In this document: positions 1 to 12,262 of the stretch, piece after piece
Layout: each line of letters starts with the position of its first letter
How positions within the stretch are numbered: position 1 is the first letter of the stretch
Assembly: GCF_001194135.2 (NCBI RefSeq)
Contig: NC_068984.1
Location: 90,101,680 to 90,165,679, forward strand
Reading direction: 5' to 3'
DNA: 64,000 nucleotides
Source of the DNA: Octopus bimaculoides
Taxonomy: Eukaryota
Made by a program: the position numbers and the translations under genes
The notes under the pieces: model-generated
The model's input: only the letters and a program-made list of their open reading frames with translations
Databases searched by the model: none
Told to the model about the DNA's origin: nothing

Positions 1-58
<58 letters not shown>

Positions 59-61
<3 letters not shown>

Positions 62-330
62 AGGACGTCACACAATATAAACAACATTAAATACAAAGAC
101 AAACTTTGGTATGCGAACAACGAGAGTAGCAAATTGACAACAAGACAAGTAACATAAAAAATTTCGAGCAATTAACGGCAACATGAGGGGCTTTGAAAAG
201 GCAGTTGCTCCCGCGAACCAAAATAAAATTTGGGATTTGCGGAGGATCAAAGTTGGTAACAAAAACAGGACAGTGGAGACATACAACAAACCAAAGTACA
301 TATGCACTTTCACATTCCCTATTAGTTGTC
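59..330 (+). repeat. Interspersed repeat family R, copy 1
   Basis: Starts TACAGGACGTCAC and shares blocks such as CAGTTGCTCCC, AAATAAAATTTG and CAAAGTTGG.AACAAAAACAGGACAGTGGAG.CATACAA with 55279-55530. Confidence 0.75.
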
Positions 331-497
331 TCCCGTCGTGCAGATATGAAGGATATAAAGCTCTTCTCTCTTATCATCCTTTCATCTCAAACCGATAGGT
401 CTTTGAGCAATACGTTTGAAATTCCACCCCTAAGACATACATCCTATATTCTTCTAGTTACGTTTTCCATAAATACAATATTTATATAAATACAATG

Positions 498-547
<50 letters not shown>

Positions 548-859
548 CACACACACACACACAAACACAAAGGTGCGCATAGACACATATGCCGAGAAAG
601 ATATTCAGGTACATGAACATCGAAAAGATAGCACCCAACACGTGTAGTTGGAATTGTAAGTAAATAGTAAGAGATGCACTCAGACAAATATTCAAAATTT
701 TCTAAACGTGGACGAGTCTCTACAGTTTTAGATGTCAAGTGGGTAAGGAAAATTTAAAGCTGGCTTCTAAGTGCAGTCAATTTTTCATGTTAGGTTATGT
801 GAATAGCTTGATAAAATAATAGCAACAAATAATTTTATGGACGCTTCCACGTAGTAAAT

Positions 860-1450
860 GAGACATTCTAGTAGTATCAAGTAGTCGAAGACCTGTAAGG
901 TTTCGGAACTCAGAGGTGTTAAACACTGATGGAAGAGAGCTGATCCATGTGGTGACGTGACCGGTTTGGAGATATCAGACGATTCATCAGTTTCCCTGGC
1001 AGGTATATCAGTGTAATGTGCTTTTAGCTGGGTAGCCTAAGAGACTAAGAGGTCATACAGAAAGGAAATAATCTGAATATAGTTTGGCAGGAATTGCTTT
1101 CCCTGCATTAGTTCCCTGTATCAGTGGCTAATGGTTTCATATTGATTAGCAGGACGTATCTTTGGTGACAACAATCGAATAAATCACCTTTCTTGTCGAT
1201 GGATACTGCAGATTATTGCAGTATAAACAGTTCTCATGAAAGCTGAGTTGGTAATTAGAAAATCCAGATAAATACAAAAGAGTATAAGGTAAGCTGTTTC
1301 CTTGATTCCATAGATTTCAACTATGGAATCAGGAAAACCAAACTGGGAATGGGAAGTTTTCTTGTATCTACACCTGGAGGAGTTCATATGTTGCGTATAT
1401 CTTCCTATGAAAATCATCAGTAGTTACACACCTTTAGTGTTTTGAGTTGC
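860..1450 (-). mobile_element. Decayed LINE fragment, probably CR1/L2-like (endonuclease-RT linker)
   Basis: The minus-strand translation contains NAGKAIPAKLYSDYFLSV, resembling the KA..L..YF.SV linker motif. There are many stops. Confidence 0.35.
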
Positions 1451-2105
1451 CATTGGATAATGCGTGGGTGATTCTGTAGACCTCAACCTTTGCGAAGCAG
1501 GATCCCTACAGTAGGGAGCTGGTGAGATTTCGGCAGTGAAAAATGAATTAGATGGAAACTTTGTGAATGTTTATTACTGTTCTAGAGTACGAGGTTGGAG
1601 GCGATGTTATCGAAACTTGAGCGACTAACCTCAATGTTTTGAATATTAAAAAATTTATTATACTTTTGAGTGTTAGGAAGAATTGTCTAATTCGGGACAG
1701 GTAGCATCTAGCTACATTATTCGATACATCAAATGTGAATGCTCTACTAAGATTATCATTCTCTTTCTATTTCTTCAGTGTTCGGGAGTGAGAGTGAGGG
1801 GTCCCTCCTAATACATACAAAAATACATACATACATACGTATGTGCGTACGTTCATGTGTACATGCATACATAAAAATGACCTATTGGTAACGATATTTT
1901 GCTCCAAAGTCTTGGGTTATATTCTTATTTTTGACGAGAATATTTTCCGAAATATTATACAAGCTTCACAATATCTTTCTCTTTGATTTTATTTATTGAG
2001 ATCAACTTATATATTTTGCCTAACTTATCTTAAAATTCTTTTTCTAATAAATTTATATCACTTACACATTGCTTCAAGCAAATTACAACACACGCACACA
2101 CACGT

Positions 2106-2139
<34 letters not shown>

Positions 2140-2155
2140 GCACGCACACACACAA

Positions 2156-2250
<95 letters not shown>

Positions 2251-4811
2251 TAATAAAATCTACAACTTGTTTTCAGTAATCTTTGCCTCGTTTGTATAAC
2301 CAAATGTATGTTTATATATGTTTGCGTGCGCTCGTATATGTGCGCATACAAGTGTGTATATGTGTATGTATTGTCTGATTGCATGTTCATGTGAGTGTAT
2401 GATTTTGTAACACAGCAGGCATTTTTTGAAATCGACATCGAAAATCAATTGTTAGATTTAACAATTTATCAATTCCTATTGAGAATGTGGCGTCATCTTG
2501 TCGGTTTCTTTTATCTCTTCTTGTTTGTTCTAATGCTAGTTAAATGGGATGAATAATGTTTATTGTCTTATCTAAAGTGGTGTTCCAGTGAGAGTATACG
2601 AACTCACGTTGCTTTATCAGATATTGGGGATAATTGTCCACGAGCCTATCACCACCTTCAGATTCATTAATGTTCTTTCGCGTACTCACGTATTAATTCA
2701 ACTCCACACTCTTGTGCAAATAAAATAAGCTGCTCTATTCAAATTAAAGTTTTTTTTACACAGCTGGCAAAATAGCATTTTTTAAAATTAGATTTCTGAT
2801 ATTTTTTATTGGTAGTATGTTTGCTACTGATCTTTTATTTAATTTTGTGTTTCTAGCTTCTTTGCTTTCCACAATCAATTACACGAAAAATATGTAGTTA
2901 ATATTCGTGTAATAATTGTTCTTCAGTAGAAATTGAATTCAGTTCTCAACAATGCTGCAGAATAATGCGAGTATAATTTTTTGCTACAAAAAATATAAAT
3001 TTAGATGTTGCTGGAAATGTTATGCTCTTAAAAATATTTTCGTTTTATAACATAACAGAGTATTCTTTCTCAGTGTTTAAATTTAATTAGATTACAAAAC
3101 ATTTACAAATGTTGCATAATTTGTGAAGTTTTATACGTACATTTAAATAGTCATGCTAATCTAGCAGGTATGCATTTGCATTAATCCACAGGAAGTCATG
3201 CAAAACCTTACAAGTCCTCCATGACCGGCGGGTGCGCTTTCATTTTATATGATTGGAATTGTTGTAACCTTGTATCAGTAAAGTAAACGTACGAGACATA
3301 GAACCTAGAAGATGTAAGCTCTGTGAAGGAAAATGTTATATGAAGTGTTTAGTAAGGCATTATTGTGATAAACCACAGAACTGACACGATTAGAGGCCGG
3401 TGATTGGGATGTTGGTAGGTACTACATTTTTTTTTCTTAAAGTAGCAGGGATCGTTAAAATAAAAGTAGATAAAGAGACATAGAAAACTCAGAAAATAGG
3501 GGATTACAGCTTATTGATGACTGAGTATTTGCAATGAAACGGACAACGATCTAAAATGTATGTATGCAACCCTCCAGCTCAAGTAAGAAAATAGTAATTT
3601 ATCGTCGGTCGCATGTATTTCTTCTTGAAACAATCGAATATATATTTATATAAACACATGTTTCTATGTGTACACACATACAAATTCACAAATACACACA
3701 TACATATATACATATCTGTATGTGCACGTGTGTATGTGCGAATGCGTATGTAGAAATATTTCTTATCTGAAAATGTTTCCTCTTCCTGTCACTGGGAAAT
3801 ATCTGCTGCATTTGTCACAACCTTTAAATGTTCAGACCAATAATTCTTTGACCATGGAAATCTGAAAGCATCACAACTGTCTCTGAAGCTAAAACTCTTT
3901 CAAAGTAAATATTCCAATGAAATAACATATCGGTGTGGTTGATGACTCTGAAGTATGCACACTTCACTTTCTGTTGCACAATCTTTGTTTATATATGCTT
4001 AATTGAAAAATTTCAAGTACTACCAATCTGTCGATACTACAATTATGCCATAAAGTCCCTTGACCGTTTATACAAACCCCAACATACAGTAGTACTCATC
4101 AAAATCTTTCATATTCTTGTATTTTGGGGGAATCATTCTGCCTATAAACACAAACTACTTGTTCATCACATTTTTATGAATTGATTATTTAGTTAAAGTT
4201 TTCATTTACAGCTCCCAAGATAAAATATGTCTTGACGTATAGTATCTCATCATGAATCTTGCGAAACAACAGCAAATATTATAAAAACTATATAAATAAA
4301 TAATATTATATTTATATCTGCTGACATATATCTGAAATAAAAATCACATGAGGTTTTTAAGCGGCAGATTCCCTCTTCAAAGCATTGGACGAAAAAATAA
4401 GTAGATTATGTAAAGACTTTGATGTGTACTGACTTGTAATAAAAAAATATGAACTCCTTTACATACATGGAACTCCTTTACATGCCATAGACAAGAAGCT
4501 TTTCAACCCATTCTACACAGTACTTTCCTTGGATAATGGAACTGCAACTGTAACATCCTACACATATTTTTACTTTTATTTTTATTCTCTTATTTCCCTT
4601 TATACTTCATACATCTATCATTTTCAAAAGTAACTCCTTATATTGAACTCTACTATTTCCTTCTAGCTACACTCACATATCGTCTCTAATGAAAGTATAT
4701 CCCTAATATCCTAGAAACAGTTCTAAGACTACTTTTCTCTTTATAAATGTCCTATAAATTCCACACAGACTTGATTTTGTTGTCTCATCTTTTTTTAACA
4801 TATATGTGTGC

Positions 4812-4884
<73 letters not shown>

Positions 4885-5529
4885 NNNNNNNNNNNNNNNN
4901 NNNNNNNNNNNNNNNNNNNNNNNNNNNNNNNNNNNNNNNNNNNNNNNNNNNNNNNNNNNNNNNNNNNNNNNNNNNNNNNNNNNNNNNNNNNNNNNNNNNN
5001 NNNNNNNNNNNNNNNNNNNNNNNNNNNNNNNNNNNNNNNNNNNNNNNNNNNNNNNNNNNNNNNNNNNNNNNNNNNNNNNNNNNNNNNNNNNNNNNNNNNN
5101 NNNNNNNNNNNNNNNNNNNNNNNNNNNNNNNNNNNNNNNNNNNNNNNNNNNNNNNNNNNNNNNNNNNNNNNNNNNNNNNNNNNNNNNNNNNNNNNNNNNN
5201 NNNNNNNNNNNNNNNNNNNNNNNNNNNNNNNNNNNNNNATATATATATATATATATAAATGTATGTATATTTTTATTTATATATATATATTATTTTATAT
5301 TTTTCAATTACATATCTTTTATTTTTTTATATTTACATATATTATTTATACTTAATTCTTATTTAATTCTTATTCACACATCGTACCTTTTTTATTTTTT
5401 CATATGTATATATATATATGCATATTTATATTTTTATATACACATTTATATTTATTGCATATCTTTTACTTTTTTATATTTATATATATTATCTATATTT
5501 AATTCTTATTTACATTTGCAAATCACATA

Positions 5530-7240
5530 TCGTATTTTTTCTATGTATGAATGAGCTACCCACGTCGGTCACTGAAGTGATATTTCATCACTTTATAGAG
5601 TGTCTGAGTGTTGGTCTGGTGTTTGGAATGGGACAGCTTACCTCATGGGCAGGTAGAAGCTCTTTAACCTTGGTTGGTAATCTACCTAGGGGAAAGAAAT
5701 CTGCGAAATAAAACCTGAGGCCTTGGGAGTTCCTGGTTTTGTCAATTTTCACGCCACACCGGCGAAAGTCATCTTGGGCTAATAGGTGGGGTAGTGTAGT
5801 ACAAGCTACACCCACTGAAAATTATTCATCTGCACAGGTTCTTCCTATACACTAAATCTTACTAAAAATCATTAAATTGGTTGGTTGGCAGAAACCTAAA
5901 AATGTACTTGTAACTTACTCTAAAATGTCTCAAACAGATTCAGTACATTGCAAAAAAGGCTTGGGAACGTCAGGGGGATAGGTCTGGCTCGAAAGGTGTC
6001 CCAGTGAATCACAGGCTGGGCTGGATATACTATCTTTTTGAGAGGCCTACCTAAGGTTCAGTGTAGAAAATTTGCTGTTGGGTTTGCTCTCAAGAATACA
6101 TTAGTATCCTTCATTGCCGAGCTTCCAAGTTGTGTATCTCAGCTTATCATGTCATGCTGTATTAAACTGACAAAAGGTACGCATCTTACCGTTGCCAGTA
6201 CTTATACACCAACACTGTCCCATTCTGATGAAACTGTAGGACAGTTATATGATGATCTAAGCACAATTATTGAGGAAAGTACCAATTTCTGACAAGCTGG
6301 TCATATTTGGAGATTTCATTGCAAGAGTTAGAAAAGACTATGTGTCATGGCCTGTTTTAGGTAGACATGGGAGTGGAAAATGTAACAAAAAGGAAGTAGC
6401 TCCTTTGATGTTTTGTACTGAGAATAATCTGGTTATCACCAACAATCTGTCTAAGAAGAAAAATAAATATAAAACCACTTGGATGCACCCAATATCTAAC
6501 CACTGGCAACTTATAGATTATATTCTGATGAGAAAACGTGATATGAAAGAAGTTTCTAGCGTTCGGGCCATGAGAGGGGCAGAGAGCTGGACTGACCATC
6601 ATCTACTGCATGGAAACATAGATATTTCGATAATACCTAAAAATCGACAGTCTGGTCCTAAGGTACCCAAAAAATTAAATGTTGCAAACTTTAAATTATC
6701 AAGCAACTTGCAAAGATTCCACGATGCTATAGAAGGTATCAATCTTGGTCCAAACAATCTACGGGAAGATTTCAAAACAATAGTATTTCAAGTTTGTCAG
6801 AGGTTCGTCAGAGGTTCTCAGATAGATCAGCAGAAATTCATCAACTACTTTTAGAAAAACTAAACTTAGGCAATACACTTCTTTCTCAGTCCTTGAACCC
6901 TAGCTCAAACGAAGCTTACACAAAGCTGAGAAGGTAAGTGCATACTGCTCTAAGGAAACTTAAACATGAATTGTGAAATGATAGAGCAAAATGGGGCACA
7001 AGAAGCAGCTGATAGAAATGATGCCAAGGGTTTGTACTCTTATGTGAAGGAGGTATATGGCCCAAAATCTTCAATAGCTCCTGTGAGAATAGCAAATGGA
7101 CGTTTGCTTCTGACACCACTTCTATTCATAAGCACTGGGTAGAACATTTTTCTGCTCTTTTGAATAGAGCATAATCCGCTGACATGAGCACGATAGAAAA
7201 AATCAAACACCTTCGAGTTATAGAAGAGATAGCATTTGAG
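5530..7240 (+). mobile_element. RTE-clade LINE 5' part (5' UTR plus APE endonuclease), frameshifted
   Basis: ORFs 6038-6292 and 6270-6854 contain VGFALK, STYTPT, LVIFGDFIARV, GRHGSGKCN, TWMHP..HWQLIDYIL and TDH, which are APE motifs typical of RTE/BovB. Confidence 0.85.
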
Positions 7241-7671
7241 TTATTCTAACAGCCAGCCCTATCGAGTCATAAGGTCTGCAGCATAATAGCAATCTTTTTT
7301 ATACATGGCACAACCTGGCTACTTAAATTTTATATACATGGCAATTGACCTGGTGACTTAAATTTTAGAGTTATCCCCAGCATCATACAAACCACACCCA
7401 ATAGATCTAGGGTAGCCAGCACAGATGTCACATCAATACTTTTTCTAGTTAATAGAGGATTATTACAACACAGTAACAGAACCAAAATTCCCTTCTTGAG
7501 GAGACCTTGTTGCGTGAAGTCAAGCCTTGTGCACAGAAATCTCGGAAATGCGCCTGAAACTCGACAACGCAGACGCAGAAATACTCATACTAAAGTATGT
7601 TAAATTGTGAAGCGACAGGGTTACGGCCAGATTTTCAGAAACGCATTACTTCCGTTAAGCGAAGGATTCAT

Positions 7672-7751
<80 letters not shown>

Positions 7752-8648
7752 CATACATGCGGTGCATAATAACAACAGAGACAAATGAATAGACACGATA
7801 AAATATGTTAGTTTTACGCTGAATGGCAAGGAGAAACGTTTGACGTTCCGGATTTATTTGTATTTCATTCTCTCCATTTACTCTCTCTCCCTTTTTCACT
7901 TTTCCGCGTAACATAAAGCCAAACATTTCTTTCTCTCATTCAGTGTTAGACTAATAAAGTGTTGCTGGCAGTTTGAATTGGCATTTATAAACTTATAGCA
8001 ATAACAGAACAAACTATGAAACCACAATATTAAGAGACCATTGCACCAAAATTAAGAGCGACAAGCATGGATAATTTCGCTTGTAATGGATGTCATCTAG
8101 GGAGATTGTTTGTGTGAGCGATATGAAAACAACTGGCATAGCATAAACAGTTATGCATTTTTCCTTCCATAGATATGTTTACCTGAACTTGTTGTAGGAT
8201 AAAAATCTGGATTAGAAGAAATTAATGGCAAACAAAATTTGTTCTCAGGTCAGCTTTTATGTTGTTCTACATGTACCAACAACAGACGAATGCTTGTTAC
8301 CTTTCATGGTATTTTCCCATAATGTCAAAATACATTTTTGATGCACCCAGTAGGTAGTCAATAGTTACCTTTTTTTTTTACTCTCTTAGAAAGGGGATTT
8401 CTCAAAAGGTTACATGCAGTCGTTGTTTATAGGTTTCCGACATATCAACTATAGGTTCACCTATTTGTGATAACAGAACTGTGAAGCGATATTTGGACGC
8501 ATGGCTATTAAAAGTTTGCATCTTTACTGCCTGAATGGCTCACTTCATACTCCCTTCATCATTAATTGTAAATTTTGCTATGCATGAATATCTGCCTGTC
8601 TGTGTGTGTGTGTGTAATACACACACACAAACACACACACACACACAG

Positions 8649-8722
<74 letters not shown>

Positions 8723-9539
8723 CAATATAGGGCAGGGAATTGTAGTTAGAATTAGTAGTTTTGAACTGCTATTNNNNNNNNNNNNNNNNNNNNNNNNNNN
8801 NNNNNNNNNNNNNNNNNNNNNNNNNNNNNNNNNNNNNNNNNNNNNNNNNNNNNNNNNNNNNNNNNNNNNNNNNNNNNNNNNNNNNNNNNNNNNNNNNNNN
8901 NNNNNNNNNNNNNNNNNNNNNNNNNNNNNNNNNNNNNNNNNNNNNNNNNNNNNNNNNNNNNNNNNNNNNNNNNNNNNNNNNNNNNNNNNNNNNNNNNNNN
9001 NNNNNNNNNNNNNNNNNNNNNNNNNNNNNNNNNNNNNNNNNNNNNNNNNNNNNNNNNNNNNNNNNNNNNNNNNNNNNNNNNNNNNNNNNNNNNNNNNNNN
9101 NNNNNNNNNNNNNNNNNNNNNNNNNNNNNNNNNNNNNNNNNNNNNNNNNNNNNNNNNNNNNNNNNNNNNNNNNNNNNNNNNNNNNNNNNNNNNNNNNNNN
9201 NNNNNNNNNNNNNNNNNNNNNNNNNNNNNNNNNNNNNNNNNNNNNNNNNNNNNNNNNNNNNNNNNNNNNNNNNNNNNNNNNNNNNNNNNNNNNNNNNNNN
9301 NNNNNNNNNNNNNNNNNNNNNNNNNNNNNNNNNNNNATATATATATATATAGTGAAAGTATATAGCTTAGCGGTTACGGTATATCGTTATTTCTTTATGT
9401 GGTCCATCTTGAAGGCTTGACTATGCTGGGGTATTGGCCTACTCACTCGCACACACACATATACATATAAATGTGTATTTATATATGCATGTATAACTTA
9501 TGTATATTTATATGCATAAATATTATAAATATACATATA

Positions 9540-9800
9540 AGGCGGCGAGCTGGCAGAAACCTTAAGGATGATGAACGAAACACCCATGTTTCCAGAGGTG
9601 AATTATTCAAATCCCAAAGAATTCCTCTCAACACATTGCAATGATGCTCTCCCACTACTTCTGCTCATGATCAGAGATGCACATATCATCAGCCACCAAG
9701 GGACATGCTCAACTGGTTAATGTCAAACAACTGACAAGCAAATCTGTGATATTGAGCAGATATTTACGGTATCCCATCTTTATACCAAGACAAAATAATC
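9540..9800 (+). mobile_element. Chimeric SINE-like repeat: short SINE head fused to the body of the family at 61257-61765
   Basis: GGCGGCGAGCTGGCAGAA matches the head of the SINEs at 58955 and 61195. The segment 9561-9800 is reverse-complement similar to 61360-61590. Confidence 0.7.
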
Positions 9801-9886
9801 TACATTATAACACTTCCAATCAGTTAAGATCAGAAGCCACGAGAGCCACTGCTTGGTATTGCATCGGGGCTATTATTGTTATTATA

Positions 9887-9919
<33 letters not shown>

Positions 9920-9920
<1 letters not shown>

Positions 9921-11455
9921 CACATTTAATAGCTTCAGGCAAATTTTTACTATGTCACCTGCTACACCACCGTGTTGCTGAAGTGTGTGCATTACTCTGT
10001 GTTCTCGTATTTTGTTTGTTGTTGGAGGAGTACAAACACTTCTCGGTATTGTACTGCATCAGTTTTTTTTTTTTTTGCTTTTGCTATGGGGTTTGGTTGA
10101 AGGCCTTTGTTGTATGAGTGCTTGTATTGTGTTGTGCGTTTAATGCGAGTTGTGTTCTCTTGTTGGCAAGCCGACTTTAAGAGTTCATGTTGTGGGTCTA
10201 TTTTTATTTTAAGGCATATTTATTGTACGGAGTGTACCTTATGTTTGTCGACTGTTTTATTTGGGTTGTGTTATTAAATTGATAGCGTCTTGTGTAGGAT
10301 GTCAGCTGTTCCTAATAGATATATCTTTTGGATAGTACGAGGTGTTGAGAGTCCAGGTATAGCATCTACATTTTGATTCATACGTTTTGTTTATGTCATA
10401 CACAATGCTCCACTTATTTCTGCTGTTGTTTTCACCTTCATGCTCCACATTTCGAATACTTCAAATTTTTTGAGGCAATATTTTGGTCAGAGGACACTGC
10501 AACGCCTATCATTATGGATGGTATTGCTTTCTTTCTTTGATTATTGTGTCTGGGCTTTTAATCTTTTGTCATTTTGAACTGGCATATTTTAAATGATTGT
10601 GGCCTGGTTGATGTCATTTACCTTATTTGGCATATGCTTATAACATTTCGTGTTAGTCTTTATGTTATAGTGTCGGCATATTATTCAGTGGACATAACTG
10701 CTTACTCGATCATGTCTATATATATTTAGTTTTGGCAAGGACTGGGCAGCAAGGGATAATGTGGTCAACTGTTTCATTGTGCCGGTTGCACATTTTGGTA
10801 TTAGGGTCTGTTTTCATTATTTTGATTTCATAGTTGTTTGTGGTCAGGAATTGGTCTTGTGTCTTGCACAGCGAAAACCAGCTCTTCCGTTTCTGTTTTT
10901 AGTCCAGAGCTTTTCAACGATTGTTGGCTTTTACCTAGGCTTACTTCTTCTCTGTTAAGCCTAGCAAGGTATTGACTATGGAGTGCTTTTTCCTCTGCAT
11001 TTCTTCTTTAGTATGTTTTGTAGTTCTGTTTTCATGTTTTTTGTTTCTTTGACAATTTCTGAAAAATAGTGTTTCAGTGTAGTTTGTTTCTATTTTGTAT
11101 TTTGTCGCTTCCTTGCGTATAGAGAAAGCGTTTTCTTTTTCGTGTTGCTTTATTACATGTAGTAGTCGTCAACTTTTTGTTAAATATTTTTCTAGTCCAA
11201 CTCTTGTTATTTATAGTAGTTCTCTGACTGTGTCAGACCGCGACCTCCTTCTGAACGGGGTAGATGTATTCTGTCTGTATCTGCTTTGGTCTGGTGATTT
11301 GGTTATGCTGTTAATGGCTTCCTAGTTTCCCTACCAAAATTTCTCAATTCACTGATCTTCCTGTTTAAGCTGTAAAATATGACTAGCGTATTTAACCCTG
11401 TTATCTTATTTTTTGCATTGAGTTCAATGTTTAATATTAGTCTAACTCTGCAAGA
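9920..11455 (-). mobile_element. R4/Dong-clade non-LTR retrotransposon 3' fragment with (TAA)n tail at 9871-9919
   Basis: Decayed translation includes KADTDRIHLPRSEGGRGL, YRHDRVSSYVH and C-terminal REL-domain remnants. Confidence 0.8.
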
Positions 11456-11459
11456 TAAA

Positions 11460-12008
11460 AATGCAAGATGTCAAACTTTTAGAAAAATGTGATATCTCCA
11501 GTATCGAAAGCATACTGTTGTGAATTCAGTGCAGATAAGCATAGCATGTTCGAATGGAAGCTGACTGCAATCCGAAAATTCTTTTTTATGGTCAACAAGT
11601 AGAGGGATTCCGCAGTAAAGGAATACCCATGTTTAGGTATAAGAGTAAATTGAAACAATCACTAAAATCCTCTCAGCGTGATTTGATATCATGGGAAAGT
11701 TATTCCCTAGATCGATCAGAATGGCGTAAATTGTGTCACGATGCATCTAAACAATTTGAGTTGAAGAAATAGGACGATAAGAGAATTATATCCTGCAATC
11801 AACAGATACATTTGTCCAATTCCAGACAAAATCAGAATCATTATTATCCCCTTTGTGATACCATAGCAAAATCCATACGTAAACTCAAATTACATTCACT
11901 CATCCGTCGCAAATAGATGCAATTTCTTTTATGTTTAATCATTTTTATTTAATACTTTCCTTCAAACACTCATACATCAAAATCGACGGGAAAGACCATC
12001 ATTATTAT
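11460..12008 (+). mobile_element. RTE-clade LINE 3' fragment
   Basis: HVRM...PKILFYGQ..G.R..G.P..RYK..LK..L....DRSEWR is the post-RT C-terminal region of RTE elements. Confidence 0.8.
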
Positions 12009-12009
12009 G

Positions 12010-12190
12010 AAGGCGATGAGGTGCATGAGTCGTTAGCCTACTTGACGAAATACATGGCAGAATTTCGTTCGTAATTTACTTTCTGAGTTCAAATTCCACC
12101 TTTCGGGTTCTATTCAAAACAGGTGCCAATTGCGCACTAGGGTCGATGTAATAATCACAGACCTTCTTCTAAAGGTAGAATGAATTATTA
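12010..12190 (+). mobile_element. SINE (family of 58559-58955), diverged
   Basis: Contains TTCTGAGTTCAAATTCC and GGGTCGATGTAAT blocks and an (ATT)n tail. Confidence 0.65.
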
Positions 12191-12225
12191 TTATTAGTAG
12201 TAGTAGTAGTAGCAGCAGCAGCAGC

Positions 12226-12261
<36 letters not shown>

Positions 12262-12262
12262 T

